A stretch of DNA of 61,559 nt, counting the filler. It is 9 parts of 9 records of this genome, joined end to end, with 100 filler letters (N's around TTAATTAATTAA, not from the genome) between each part and the next. Parts side by side here need not be neighbours in the genome. Positions count along the whole stretch, not along the records: positions 23,572 to 29,315 come from SRR31156797_85847; positions 29,416 to 35,050 come from SRR31156797_86071; positions 35,151 to 41,548 come from SRR31156797_86079; 6 more parts are not named here. One strand, written 5' to 3'. Within the stretch, counting starts at the first letter, position 1. Every line of letters begins with the position of its first letter. The notes beneath the pieces are model-generated. The model was not told where the DNA came from and did not search any database. It saw only the letters and a list, made by a program, of their open reading frames with translations. Of the stretch, positions 27,879-38,674 are shown piece after piece. A program made the position numbers and the translations under genes.

Positions 27879-29225
27879 TTATCCAACAACTAAAGTTTGA
27901 ATCGAATTTGCTTTTAAAGTTCCGCAAATTTTTTCACCGTTTAATTCTATTTCATAAGTTTTTTCTTCTTCTTTTTCATTCATTAATACTGCTACTACTT
28001 CATCTTCACCTTGCCAAACAGTTACTCTAATATCATCACTGCTTAACTCGTGATCTACTCTTGCATATCCTTCTTTGATATATTTACTGAAATGCCCAAT
28101 ATAGTAAAAAGATGAATTATAATGTAAAGTATTAGTTGTTGTATCTGCAATAATTGGAGCATCACAACAGTTATTTACATGATTTGGTCCACCAGTTTCA
28201 TCTAAAACCATATTCCAATCAGTCCATGCAGCTGTCCAGTGATTTAGGTCATTTATCATGTGCTTACCATAAACTTCCCCTGTCCACCATTCTCCTACAA
28301 GAGATGTTTTTCCTGTATTGTAGTGTGGGTTACAACCTTCTGTAAATACTAAGTGTTTTCCATAAATTTCATGTGTATAATCAAGTACCGAATTATCTAA
28401 ATTTGTCATAGCATCTTCGTCACCATACCAATGGAATCCAACTCCCCATACCCATTTAGCAGCTTCTTCGTCAGAAAGCATAGTATCTACTCTCTCTTTC
28501 ATGATATCTTTGTTATGATCCCATACGATAATTTTTATATCTTCTAACCCGGCTTCTTTTAGAGTAGGTCCTAAGATTTTAACGAAGTCTCTCTCTTGCT
28601 CACTAGTATAGATACAGTTGTCCCATGAAGTTTCTGCCATTGGTTCATTTTGAATACTAACTCCCCAAATATCGATTCCTTCTTTTTTGTACTCTTTGAT
28701 GTATCTTGCAAAATATCTTGCCCATGCTTCTCTGTATTCCTCTTTAAGGCTTCCACCTTTGTTCATTCTCTCTGTAGTTTTCATCCATGCAGGTGGTGAC
28801 CAAGGTGATGAGAATAATCTCATATCTGATTTCAATTTATATGCATCTTTGATCAATGGAATAAGTGATTTTCTATCTCTTTCAATAGTGAAATCTTTAA
28901 ACTCAACATCTCCGGGTGTTTCTGTATATGCATAATTTCCTAATGAGAAATCACAACTGTTTATGTGAGTTCTACAGAAAGAATAACCTATTCCTGTTTC
29001 TGGATGAAAATATGCTTCAATAGCTTCTTGTCTTTTGTCAGCTGACATTCTGTCAAGAGTTGTAGATGCAGCTTCTGTAAATGCTCCACCTACACCCATG
29101 AATTTTTGATACTTTTTAGATGTATCAACTTTAACTTTTATATCCCCGCTTGCTAGTTTTACAAACTCTTTTTCTGTTAATCTATCTTGTGTATTTTTAG
29201 CTGTTTCAATTAATTTAATATTCAT
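27879..29225 (-). CDS. Glycoside hydrolase family 30 (cytoplasmic)
   Basis: GVGGAFTEA, RTHINSCDFS, SPWSPPAWMKT, QNEP (acid/base), FTEGC (nucleophile), DWNMVLD..GGPNH. Confidence 0.92.
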   Translation of the reverse strand: MNIKLIETAKNTQDRLTEKEFVKLASGDIKVKVDTSKKYQKFMGVGGAFTEAASTTLDRMSADKRQEAIEAYFHPETGIGYSFCRTHINSCDFSLGNYAYTETPGDVEFKDFTIERDRKSLIPLIKDAYKLKSDMRLFSSPWSPPAWMKTTERMNKGGSLKEEYREAWARYFARYIKEYKKEGIDIWGVSIQNEPMAETSWDNCIYTSEQERDFVKILGPTLKEAGLEDIKIIVWDHNKDIMKERVDTMLSDEEAAKWVWGVGFHWYGDEDAMTNLDNSVLDYTHEIYGKHLVFTEGCNPHYNTGKTSLVGEWWTGEVYGKHMINDLNHWTAAWTDWNMVLDETGGPNHVNNCCDAPIIADTTTNTLHYNSSFYYIGHFSKYIKEGYARVDHELSSDDIRVTVWQGEDEVVAVLMNEKEEEKTYEIELNGEKICGTLKANSIQTLVVG

Positions 29226-29285
29226 TATTATTTATCTCCTATAATGTTTGAGTTAAAGTTTTTATAATTCGGGCTTGCCACCGGC

Positions 29286-29315
29286 CATTACTGTAAACTT
29301 AAGGTTTCAGAAAGC
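29286..29315 (+). mobile_element. Variant terminal inverted repeat (possibly the opposite end) of the same IS231-like element
   Basis: CATTACTGTAAACTTAAGGTTTCAGAAAGC; differs from the other two copies only at positions 4-6. Confidence 0.65.
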
Positions 29316-29415
29316 NNNNNNNNNNNNNNNNNNNNNNNNNNNNNNNNNNNNNNNNNNNNTTAATTAATTAANNNNNNNNNNNNNNNNNNNNNNNNNNNNN
29401 NNNNNNNNNNNNNNN

Positions 29416-29524
29416 CTACAGGGATATCAAGTGATCTCAGTTTTGCAGCCGCCTTAAGGCTGAGTTTGCGATCTATATGAGTAATAGTACCATCAACGTC
29501 TATTACAAGAGCCTTGTATTTCAT
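29416..29524 (-). CDS. HAD-family phosphoglycolate phosphatase (archaeal type); N-terminal fragment
   Basis: MKYKALVIDVDGTITHIDRKLSLKAAAKLRSLDIPV running into the gap; DxDGT motif. Confidence 0.75.
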
Positions 29525-29559
29525 AATCAATAGATAATGAAAGAGGAATAAAAGTGTTT

Positions 29560-30591
29560 TCAGTGGGTCTTCCGCCTGATCTCCCTGCTAACTACAAAAA
29601 GGAATAGGAAAGAACCTGCAAGGATCATTGAAAAATAAGTGACTGCCAGGATTGTACTGCTTACCGAAGGGACAAGACATGCAATGTTCACTGCAAGCAA
29701 TAGTATCAATACATGCCTTTTAAGGTCGTCAACCGAGTAGGAACCCTCCGGCAGGTCAACCACATCGATGCTAAAAGCAGCAGACCTGAAAAGCAAGCCC
29801 ACAGGGATGAAGTAAAAAAGGATAACAGTAGCATAAGGAGTTACAGATGATGGTATCCTTTCCGGTAGGAACAATACGAATGTCACGACATACAGAACTA
29901 TCAGATATGCTGCCACCACCAGGAAATGTTTCTTTTTAAGATGAACTGACATCAGATCGCTACCTTCAGCCTTTCGCCAGACTACCCATATAAGAAGCAG
30001 TGTACCAAGGACAGACATATTTGCAGAGATGATATCGAATGAATTGCCGTTTGCAACAAAGGTACTGAAAAACAATATACACAAAATGAAGAGGGCTGAT
30101 CTTCTGCGTGTCTTTTCAAGAAGACTTTTGTGGACCTGAAGAACCTTTCCCGTAAGTATCTGATATACCATCACCGGAAACAGGAAAGACATCATAGGAT
30201 GCCAGAAAAAGACAAGTACCAGAAATTCAGCTATGCCTACACCTAAGAATGTACCTGCTCCCGGGCCGGTAGAATCCATATATCCTGCCCACAGTACCTT
30301 GGTCACCCATGCTTCATAAAGAGCGAAAATGATGCCAAAAAGATAGAGCTGACCTATGTTCGCCTTCCCATATTCAATGGCAATCCACGTAAGAAAGATC
30401 ACGTGGAACATGTAAAGAGGAAATGTAATCAATATACCCGCAGGATCCAGAAACCACGTGGTAGAAGCTCCTGAGAGGATCTCCGCAAAGAACATTGAGA
30501 GTAAACCAATCAGCAGGACAGGATAAGATCCTTTCATGATTATGAATAGAGATTCACCTGTATAAAAAAGTGGACCCGAATCATGGGTCAC
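29560..30591 (-). CDS. Hypothetical polytopic membrane protein
   Basis: 343-aa ORF with many hydrophobic segments; the start may be the later MKGSY. Confidence 0.75.
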   Translation of the reverse strand: MTHDSGPLFYTGESLFIIMKGSYPVLLIGLLSMFFAEILSGASTTWFLDPAGILITFPLYMFHVIFLTWIAIEYGKANIGQLYLFGIIFALYEAWVTKVLWAGYMDSTGPGAGTFLGVGIAEFLVLVFFWHPMMSFLFPVMVYQILTGKVLQVHKSLLEKTRRRSALFILCILFFSTFVANGNSFDIISANMSVLGTLLLIWVVWRKAEGSDLMSVHLKKKHFLVVAAYLIVLYVVTFVLFLPERIPSSVTPYATVILFYFIPVGLLFRSAAFSIDVVDLPEGSYSVDDLKRHVLILLLAVNIACLVPSVSSTILAVTYFSMILAGSFLFLFVVSREIRRKTH

Positions 30592-31558
30592 GCAGACCCG
30601 GTGTGGTCACGGAAATTATCGCTTCTCCATCCGGAAGATTAGGAGAGTCAACCAGCTTAACTATTCTCTTGTCGCCCTTCGACTTACGCAGGTAGAGTCT
30701 GAACGTTGCTGTGTGTCCGACAATATGACCACCGATCGGCTTTGTAGGATCTCCGAAGAAAGCATCCGGCTTTGACATAACCTGATTCGTAACTACTACC
30801 GAAGCATTGTAGAGATCTCCGCATTTCTGCAGTCCATGCAGGTGTTTATTGAGCTTCTGCTGCCTGTCTGCAAGTGTTCCCCTGCCTATATACTCCGCCC
30901 TGAAATGAGCAGTCAGAGAGTCCACAATGAAAAGTCTCACAGGCATTTCACTGTCCTTGAGCTCGTTGGCAAGCTCCATTGCAGAATCCACAAGAAGAAT
31001 CTGGTGATTGGAATTATATGCACGGGCCACATGTATATGTTTAAGGAATTCTTCAGGGTCGTATTCCTGACCGTAAATCTCGGACAGGCCAGCCACCATC
31101 TGTTTGATCCTTTCGGGCCTGAATGTATTCTCAGTATCAATAATAATCACTGAGCCACTGAGACCACCCTGTTCTTTTGGAAGCTGCACATTCACAGCGA
31201 GCTGGTGTGCAACCTGGGTCTTACCTGAGCCGAATTCACCATAGAGTTCAGTAATTGCCTGAGTGTCTATACCACCGCCCATCATCTCATCGAACTCGGC
31301 ACAATTCGTAGTTAGCTTACCCACGAGCTTCCTTCGTTCCATTACAATATCGCCCGTCTCAAAGCCTCCAATATCTGCAGACTGGCGGGCTGCAATGATT
31401 ATCTTTGATGCAGTTGATTCACCAATTTCGGCTGCTGTTGCGAGTTCTGCCGGAGAGGAAACGGCAATTGCCTCAATAGTCGTAAAGCCTGCATCTTTTA
31501 ATTTCTGCGCGGTTGCCGGACCAACGTGATCCAGATCTTCTAATAACACTTCTGACAT
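30581..31558 (-). CDS. radA: Archaeal DNA repair and recombination protein RadA
   Basis: N-terminal Hh[46 protein letters not shown]; no intein. Confidence 0.96.
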   Translation of the reverse strand: MSEVLLEDLDHVGPATAQKLKDAGFTTIEAIAVSSPAELATAAEIGESTASKIIIAARQSADIGGFETGDIVMERRKLVGKLTTNCAEFDEMMGGGIDTQAITELYGEFGSGKTQVAHQLAVNVQLPKEQGGLSGSVIIIDTENTFRPERIKQMVAGLSEIYGQEYDPEEFLKHIHVARAYNSNHQILLVDSAMELANELKDSEMPVRLFIVDSLTAHFRAEYIGRGTLADRQQKLNKHLHGLQKCGDLYNASVVVTNQVMSKPDAFFGDPTKPIGGHIVGHTATFRLYLRKSKGDKRIVKLVDSPNLPDGEAIISVTTPGLRDP

Positions 31559-31713
31559 TTTTCTTAACTCCTGGGTGCACATGTTTTCTTCTGGTGCACA
31601 ATTCGATTACTAATTGGTTTGAGAGTATATATACCTGAAGAGAGCGGGGTGAAAGTATTGTTTATATCAGACAAATAACAAGACTTATCAGCAGATGAAC
31701 GAATTTAGGAGCA

Positions 31714-32184
31714 ATGCCCAGAGTAGTAGTAGGCGGAACATTCGAATGCCTTCATGACGGACACCTGAAGCTCCTGCAAAAAGCGTTTGAGCTTGCCAAA
31801 GACGGATCAGTTGATCTAGGCCTGACATCCGATGAGATGGCAAACAAGCGTCCCCGTGATGTTCCAGACTATGATAACCGAAAAGAAAAACTCATTGAGT
31901 ACATCAACGAGATCACAGAAGGTCACGAATATACCATAATAGAACTCTTTGACCCTTATGGCAAGACGCTCACCGAGGACTACGACTACATTATAGTATC
32001 CCCTGAAACATACCCCGTCGCATTAAAGATCAACAAACTCCGGGCGGAGAATGGACTACAGGAAATAGACATTGTCAAAGTGGAATACGTGCTCGCAGAT
32101 GATGAAAAGCCCATATCTTCAACCAGAATAGTTCAGGGTGAGATAGACATCCACGGACATCTGAAAGCCAGTCGTGGAACATAA
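31714..32184 (+). CDS. coaD: Phosphopantetheine adenylyltransferase (archaeal)
   Basis: VGGTFECLHDGH, VSPET, ISSTRI. Confidence 0.92.
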   Translation: MPRVVVGGTFECLHDGHLKLLQKAFELAKDGSVDLGLTSDEMANKRPRDVPDYDNRKEKLIEYINEITEGHEYTIIELFDPYGKTLTEDYDYIIVSPETYPVALKINKLRAENGLQEIDIVKVEYVLADDEKPISSTRIVQGEIDIHGHLKASRGT

Positions 32185-32215
32185 TTTTATAAACTATTTT
32201 TTACAACTTAGGTCC

Positions 32216-32548
32216 ATGGGAAGAGTATTCAACGAAATGGATAATCAGATCTTTAACAAGCTTGCACCGGAGCTCAGCGGAAACACAATGTCCAACGCCG
32301 GACATAACTATCCTTTTATCCTCAGGCCCCTATCCCACAAGATAGCAGAGGATGGGGTAGATTTCAGGAACAGGATGGAAAAACTGGATGCTGAGGAAAT
32401 GGAGTATCTTTTCCAGATGGCAATGGAAGGCAAAGAGGATATCCGGTCACTCGAAGAGGATGATGTTGACACCTTCATAGAATTGGTGGAGGAAAAACTC
32501 TCTACTGAAAAAATGAAGGAACTAAAAGCAAAGCTAGGCATGGCATAA
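32216..32548 (+). CDS. Hypothetical protein
   Basis: ORF abutting the endonuclease IV gene; TTTATAAA TATA-like box about 25 nt upstream. Confidence 0.7.
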   Translation: MGRVFNEMDNQIFNKLAPELSGNTMSNAGHNYPFILRPLSHKIAEDGVDFRNRMEKLDAEEMEYLFQMAMEGKEDIRSLEEDDVDTFIELVEEKLSTEKMKELKAKLGMA

Positions 32549-33385
32549 ATGAAGCCCGCAAAACTCCTTTTCGGAACCGCCGGTACACCTAAAAGTTCTA
32601 AGAAAAGGAATAGCATATCCGGCATCGAAAGAGTGAACGAACTCGGACTTGGCTGCATGGAACTTGAGTTTGTCCGTGGTGTGAAGATGGGAGAAGCAAC
32701 CGCAGGAGAGGTCCGCAGGAAGTCAGAGAAAGAAGATATATCTCTAAGCGTGCATGCACCCTATTATATCAACCTGAATTCCCTTGAACCTGAAAAGATC
32801 GATGCAAGTATCGAAAGGATTTACAAATCCTCCCGGATCGGAGAACTTTGTGGTGCAAGAAACATTGTGTTTCATCCGGCATATTACCAGAAGTGTGCGC
32901 CTGAGAAAGTCTACGATAAAGTATTCGATCTCCTGAAAGGGCTCTGCTCCCGGTTGACAGAGGAAGAAATAAAAGTCATACTGCGTCCCGAAACCACCGG
33001 CAAGGGCACCCAGTTTGGAAGCCTACAGGAAAATGTCAGACTCGGGGCAGAACTGGACAATGTACTTCCATGTATCGACTTTGCTCATCTGCATGCAAGA
33101 AGCAACGGTGCTGAAAACAGTTACGATGAGTTTGCTGCCACCCTGGAATTCATAGAGAAAGAACTTGGAAGGGAAGGGCTTGATGACATGCACATGCATG
33201 TATCGGGAATTGAGTATGGTGAAAAAGGAGAAAAGAATCATCTTAATCTTGATGATTCAGACATGCAGTACCAGGAACTCATGAAAGCCTTGAAGGATTT
33301 CAAAGTCAAGGGACTTTTGATATGCGAGAGTCCTGATAACGAGGGTGATGCCCTCTTACTTAAAAGAACATATGAGGGCCTGTAG
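32549..33385 (+). CDS. nfo: Endonuclease IV (AP endonuclease family 2)
   Basis: SVHAPYYINL, VFHP, RPETTGK, CIDFAH, HMHVSG, ICESP. Confidence 0.88.
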   Translation: MKPAKLLFGTAGTPKSSKKRNSISGIERVNELGLGCMELEFVRGVKMGEATAGEVRRKSEKEDISLSVHAPYYINLNSLEPEKIDASIERIYKSSRIGELCGARNIVFHPAYYQKCAPEKVYDKVFDLLKGLCSRLTEEEIKVILRPETTGKGTQFGSLQENVRLGAELDNVLPCIDFAHLHARSNGAENSYDEFAATLEFIEKELGREGLDDMHMHVSGIEYGEKGEKNHLNLDDSDMQYQELMKALKDFKVKGLLICESPDNEGDALLLKRTYEGL

Positions 33386-33402
33386 ACCCTCTTACTCATC
33401 AC

Positions 33403-34089
33403 TCATATATGGATAGCAGGTGCCACATGCTCCAGAACCGGATGGAGCAATGTGAACAGACCGATTACCACAATAACAGAGCCGCTTACAAGTGGAAGTT
33501 TGTTGATTCTCGTGCTGCTTACGTAGCCCTCAATGAAGCTTTTACTTTTAACGAATATGACTGACAGTGAAGTAATGGCTATTGCAAGGCCTGCACTGAA
33601 TATAAGCACATATATCAGACCATTGTAGATCTGGTTGTTTGCAATGCTGAATAGCAATACTGCAAGTGCTGCAGGACATGGGATAAGTCCTGTGGAAAGT
33701 CCTATTGCAATTACACCTTTTTTGGTATCGATGGCATGTTCGTGTGGATGATAGTATTGCCTCAGTATCCATGCACCAACGGCTAGGAGTATCAACCCTC
33801 CGATCACGCTCATGATGTCATGTGTTGTATCGACGTTCAGAACTTCTACCAGATAAATGGATGCAACTCCCAGTGCCAGCACAACAACAACGTGAGACAC
33901 AACAATAGTGATTCCCAGAGTAAGTGCATCTTTTACATCTGCGTCCGTACCCATGACAAAAACTGCCATTATTGATTTCCCGTGACCTGGCTCAAGTGCA
34001 TGCAGTGCCCCTAGCAGGAAAGCCGAGATCACTATCAAAATGCTAAGTTCCGCGGAAAGCGCTTCTGCCCCCAATGAAAGTATGTCCAT
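33403..34089 (-). CDS. Nickel/cobalt transporter (RcnA/NicO-like)
   Basis: LGALHALEPGHGKS, HPHEH loop, GLIPCPAAL. Confidence 0.88.
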   Translation of the reverse strand: MDILSLGAEALSAELSILIVISAFLLGALHALEPGHGKSIMAVFVMGTDADVKDALTLGITIVVSHVVVVLALGVASIYLVEVLNVDTTHDIMSVIGGLILLAVGAWILRQYYHPHEHAIDTKKGVIAIGLSTGLIPCPAALAVLLFSIANNQIYNGLIYVLIFSAGLAIAITSLSVIFVKSKSFIEGYVSSTRINKLPLVSGSVIVVIGLFTLLHPVLEHVAPAIHI

Positions 34090-35150
34090 GATGATTATCT
34101 CCTTTTACTCCAACATTCATGTGCAAATATATGTTAGTAGTTATTCGTAATACTAATTTAGATTTAGTATATATATAGATTATGAACAAGTATGCTACAA
34201 AACTATAATTTAGTATTACTCATTGATTTAATAATACATATCAAACAACAGAGTAGCAGAACAATAAACAAATATAGTCTAGTAATTACATCTATTGTAT
34301 GAATAAAGTGTGCAATTGTAGCAGAAAAAGCAAGATCATTGGTTGGTTTTACACAAATTATGCATATTTTGAGGTTTCTGAATTTGGAACGTGTTAAAGA
34401 CATACTTTTGAACAAATAAATGTTACATACTGCACGCAACAAGGACGAAGCAATACATAATAGTAATCGCACAAAATATTGAAGATCCTGCCAAACATAC
34501 CAATTAGTAATGTGACAGGCATTCCCAGAGTATTCAGAAGAGGCAACTGCAATATTAAGCTAATGAATAGGAAGTATTAGCCATATAGATACTTTATATT
34601 AGTATAAATTTATTTTTGTTTTTGTCAAGAGTCCTTGATTTCCAGTCCAGAACCTCACAAGATTATTTGAATGATTCTTTTTTGAAGAGATGAAACGCAA
34701 GTTAGTGAATCCCGCACCCCAATTCACTGGAAAAACGAAAAACAAGCAACTGACAAATATAAAAATCCAAATAATCGATAGGAAGAAGTTGTTTTAACAA
34801 AATATTAAATACATTTTTTTGGATTTATATCATCATACTATAAAATAAACGATTTCATTGTAGCTCAGTGGTTTACTTTAAAAAATTAGTCATATTATCA
34901 ACAAACATATTATTACAATCAAAAAAAGATAACTTATGTTGCTTTTTCAGATAACAGAACCAATCATAAAAGAATAGTGAAAGTAATCCTTTTATACCGA
35001 AAAAAGATATTGCGAGACATACTTACATTGTAAGTACATGAAGGAGGAAANNNNNNNNNNNNNNNNNNNNNNNNNNNNNNNNNNNNNNNNNNNNTTAATT
35101 AATTAANNNNNNNNNNNNNNNNNNNNNNNNNNNNNNNNNNNNNNNNNNNN

Positions 35151-35177
35151 CGTTATAACCAGCTTAACTACGGCTCC
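35151..35177 (-). tRNA. 5' fragment of a tRNA, probably tRNA-Asp, truncated by the contig end
   Basis: Minus strand GGAGCCGTAGTTAAGCTGGTTATAACG = acceptor arm plus D-arm typical of tRNA-Asp; follows tRNA-Val; anticodon not visible. Confidence 0.7.
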
Positions 35178-35220
35178 GCACTATATATAAAGGGCGTTAA
35201 GCAATCCCTCTATGTCAAAT

Positions 35221-35296
35221 TGGTGGGCGCTACAGGGCTCGAACCTGTGACCCTCGCCTTGTAAGGGCGATGCTCTCCCAGCTGAGCTAAGCGCCC
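35221..35296 (-). tRNA. tRNA-Val(TAC)
   Basis: GGGCGCTTAGCTCAGCTGGGAGAGCATCGCCCTTACAAGGCGAGGGTCACAGGTTCGAGCCCTGTAGCGCCCACCA, 76 nt with encoded CCA. Confidence 0.97.
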
Positions 35297-35308
35297 GCAG
35301 GAATGGAG

Positions 35309-35428
35309 TGTTTATCTTGGCTTGTTTCGCTTGTCAACCACATTTTGTAAAATGGTTGGCTGCGTTGCCGGAACTCCTCATCCGCGTTCAGCGAAAGGGA
35401 TACTGCCCATCCGCCGCCTGTTTGTCAA
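35309..35428 (-). promoter_or_regulatory. Tandem sigma70 promoters of the tRNA operon
   Basis: TTGACA-17-TAAACA (35337-35309) and TTGACA-17-CAGTAT (35428-35400). Confidence 0.55.
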
Positions 35429-35477
35429 CGGGTTTTTTCAAAAAATTTCAACTTCGCAACCGACTGGAATATATCAG

Positions 35478-36761
35478 CTATTTGATCGCCCACAACAGGC
35501 GACTCCCCTTTCGAGACAGCCAACCCAGCGGAAGCCCCCGGTAATAAAGGCCTACAGGTCCTTTCCCGGAAGCGAAACGAACACTTTGCCCGGTAAAAAG
35601 TTGCTCCAAAATAGCGATATCATCCACATCCAAAACATCAAATCGGGCCTGCTTTGGAGTTGACGGCAACAAGATTCTAGCCAGACCGCCGGGTAAAAAC
35701 TTCAATCTATCACCTTTGCCTGCCACTTTGCCCAACGGAAAACCTTGCCAACGAATCGAGCCGGGAATCATCTTCAAGGCCTGTTCCGGCAAAAAGAAAG
35801 CCTTCCCCCCAAAATTGAACACTTCACCAGCCGGAAGATTTTCCAAATGCAAATGCTCGCCACCGATCATTCGAGAAAGCCGCAATTTGTTTCCGGGCAG
35901 CTCTCTTTTTTGCACACGAGAACCATCCGTTGCACTATTCAAATTTTTCTTACGGAACCGCGCCAAGAAAAAACCCTGCCCCGCCGAGGCCTCATCTACC
36001 CGCAACACGCCATCCATCCCATCCAGAAGAGGCGCACCAAAAACAAACCCCTCAGGCTCGTCAAGCGGCTCCAATTCAAGGTCCAGCGTTTCTAACGCCC
36101 AAGCCACCTGCTCCTCGTTTTCTTCTATATTAGTAGTACAGGTCGAATACAGAACCGTACCACCGGGCTTGAGTAAGCCCGCCGCCTTTTCAAGGAGCAT
36201 CTTTTGCAAAGCTATTAACGGAGCCGTCTTGGAACCGGACCAGACATCCATGACTTTAGGGTTTTTTTCGGCTGTTCCCCAACCGCTGCATGGAGGGTCA
36301 AGTTGGATATATTCCCAAGATTGCTCAGGGAAAGGCAAATCCTGAGCCATGGCCTTGGCCGTGACCGCATTGACTGACCCTGTGCGCCGAAGATTGGCCC
36401 TCAGAGTTCCCAACCTGTCCGCTGAAGGCTCGGACGCAAAAACAAACCCGTGCGGCCCGACAAGCCGAGACAAGAGGCTCGTCTTGCTGCCGGGGGCTGA
36501 ACACATATCCAAAACGCTGGCTCCTAAAGGCGGATCAAGCGTCAGCGGCGGAAGCATTGATGATCGATCTTGAATATATATAAGTCCAAAACGGGACGCC
36601 AAACTTTCACCAAGAGGAAACGGCTCATGCGTCAACTTGCGAGCACCGAAATAAAACGGCTCTGGTTCAAAAGAAAAACCCTGAGCAACAAGCAGGCTCT
36701 CCACAAGAGGAATAGCCGTGTCATCGCACACGAGGCGGAAAGTTCGTCCAAATTGCGTCAT
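35478..36761 (-). CDS. RsmB/RsmF-family RNA cytosine-5 methyltransferase
   Basis: YIQDRSSM, LDMCSAPGSKT, LDPPCSG, YSTCT...ENE; GGAG RBS before ATG 36761. Confidence 0.9.
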   Translation of the reverse strand: MTQFGRTFRLVCDDTAIPLVESLLVAQGFSFEPEPFYFGARKLTHEPFPLGESLASRFGLIYIQDRSSMLPPLTLDPPLGASVLDMCSAPGSKTSLLSRLVGPHGFVFASEPSADRLGTLRANLRRTGSVNAVTAKAMAQDLPFPEQSWEYIQLDPPCSGWGTAEKNPKVMDVWSGSKTAPLIALQKMLLEKAAGLLKPGGTVLYSTCTTNIEENEEQVAWALETLDLELEPLDEPEGFVFGAPLLDGMDGVLRVDEASAGQGFFLARFRKKNLNSATDGSRVQKRELPGNKLRLSRMIGGEHLHLENLPAGEVFNFGGKAFFLPEQALKMIPGSIRWQGFPLGKVAGKGDRLKFLPGGLARILLPSTPKQARFDVLDVDDIAILEQLFTGQSVRFASGKGPVGLYYRGLPLGWLSRKGSRLLWAIK

Positions 36762-36967
36762 ACAGACTCCCGGGTCGGTTATACAGGTCATCCATACAAA
36801 CCGACCTGCTTCTCGAATGCATCAATAGCGGCTTCCATCCGACCTATCAAGCACCTTGAGCTTTGCATACCGAGACGGAAACTGGTACAAGGTCCTGCCG
36901 TACTGTAGAGTACGGTATCCAAAAAATGACACTCTTATCGGATATCACCCATCTCTCGGAGGAATAT

Positions 36968-38620
36968 ATGACTCATCGACGTTTTATCACCGCCTGCATC
37001 GCCTTGATGGCGACTTTGCTCATGGCTCTACCCGCCCTTGCCTCTGGAGCCAAAAGTTTCGCGGTCGTGCCGTTCACTTACAACGGCCCCCAGAAATATT
37101 CATATTTCCCCAAAGCGCTCCAAGCAAGCTTGGAAAGTGACCTCGAATGGTTGGGTCAAGTTGAACCGACCACCAAGGACACATCTTCCCTGACAACTCC
37201 TTCCAATAAGGCAGACGCGCTCAACGCTCTTCGCGGACTTGAGCTTGATCATCTGGTATTTGGTGACATTTCCATCCTCGGGAAAAAAGCCCACATCAAA
37301 ATGGAAGTCGTCAGCGAAGACGGCAAAGCCTGGATGAAAAAAGGTGAGATGGGACTTGATGAAATCACTTCATGGCTGGACGACCAAAGCAAGGTCATTC
37401 AGGGCGATGTATTCAACCGCCCGGGCTATGGAACCGCAGAAAAAGCAGCGAAGAAAGAAATCGATGCTGACAAGCCTGCTTCTCCCATGTCTTCCGCGTT
37501 CATCCCCGCCGACGGCACCTACAAGCAGGACAACCTGAATCCTCAATTCCGCTATGAAGGTGGGGCTGAAACCGCCGGGCGCTGGAGAAGCCAAACCTTG
37601 CGCTACTCTTCCTATGGAATGTACGTGGCTGATGGTGATGCCGACGGACAGAACGAAGTTTTCATTCTCCAAAAATCCGCCATCTCTGCCTATCGTTTCA
37701 AGGAAGGCAAGTTACAACATTTATCCACCTTTGACTTGCCGTCCAACGTCATGAGTGTCCGTATGGAAATAGCCGACTTAAACAAAGACGGCATGCCGGA
37801 ATTCATCATTGGCGGCTACCAGTTTGAATCCCAATATGGAATTAAAGCCCCGGACGGAGATCCTCGCTCAAGCATTCTTTCCTTTGAAGGCGGCAAATTC
37901 AAATACATCGTTAAAAGATATAGCAAATTCCTGGGCATCCTGAGAATCCCGCCTACTTACATGCCAATTCTGGTCGCCCAGAAAAAAGGACAGCGCTACC
38001 TGTTCGACAAACACATTTATGAAGCCTTCATCAAAGGCGATTCCATTTCATTGGGACAAAGAATTCAGGCTCCGCCTTTTGGCACAGTCTACAACATGAC
38101 GTATCTGCCTCAGGAACTCGGTTACAACTATGTAATTCTCAGCAACAAACACAAGCTCGTAACCTACAGCCAAACAATGGAACGACTGAACGAATCCGAC
38201 GCGACTTTCAACAGTTCCGGAGTAGTTGTCCCCACGGCTGACAAAATGCTTGGCATGGGTCCCGGCGTCACTGAAGAACAAATCATGGCGTATAACATTC
38301 CCTTCAGAATGATTACGGCCCCGCTCACATCCAAAAAATACGAATTGCTGGTCAACAAGGATTTGTCGGCATCGGCTCAAATCTTTTCCAGCTATCACTA
38401 CTACACACAGGGCGAAATCCATTCACTGGCCTGGGATGGCGTAGGCATGAACCTCGCGTGGAAAACCCGCCGCATCAAGGGACAGGTTTCCGACATCGCC
38501 TTGGCTGATCTGAACAACGATGGCAACAAACAGTTGTGTGTTCTCATCAACACTTTTGCAGGCATAGGCTACGGCAACCGCAAGACCGTTGTTGTGGCTT
38601 ACGACCTCAACCTTCAGTAA
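36968..38620 (+). CDS. Secreted FG-GAP/VCBS repeat protein
   Basis: Signal peptide; ADGDADGQNE, ADLNKDGMPE, ADLNNDGNKQL repeats; GGAGG RBS. Confidence 0.82.
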   Translation: MTHRRFITACIALMATLLMALPALASGAKSFAVVPFTYNGPQKYSYFPKALQASLESDLEWLGQVEPTTKDTSSLTTPSNKADALNALRGLELDHLVFGDISILGKKAHIKMEVVSEDGKAWMKKGEMGLDEITSWLDDQSKVIQGDVFNRPGYGTAEKAAKKEIDADKPASPMSSAFIPADGTYKQDNLNPQFRYEGGAETAGRWRSQTLRYSSYGMYVADGDADGQNEVFILQKSAISAYRFKEGKLQHLSTFDLPSNVMSVRMEIADLNKDGMPEFIIGGYQFESQYGIKAPDGDPRSSILSFEGGKFKYIVKRYSKFLGILRIPPTYMPILVAQKKGQRYLFDKHIYEAFIKGDSISLGQRIQAPPFGTVYNMTYLPQELGYNYVILSNKHKLVTYSQTMERLNESDATFNSSGVVVPTADKMLGMGPGVTEEQIMAYNIPFRMITAPLTSKKYELLVNKDLSASAQIFSSYHYYTQGEIHSLAWDGVGMNLAWKTRRIKGQVSDIALADLNNDGNKQLCVLINTFAGIGYGNRKTVVVAYDLNLQ

Positions 38621-38674
38621 ACAACGGCTTTGAGAGGGCCGTTCGAACCATAAGCATTTTGAGGAGAGAGAGAG

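Noticed and set aside
30581-31558. Possible intein in RadA
   Set aside because: Length is about 325 aa and the Walker A region is uninterrupted.
34203-34472. 89-aa ORF in the AT-rich archaeal intergenic region
   Set aside because: Non-ATG start, no motif, atypical composition; probably spurious.
35151-35220. Possible integrative-element att site downstream of tRNA-Val
   Set aside because: The downstream sequence is a spacer plus the 5' part of a second tRNA; no integrase is present.
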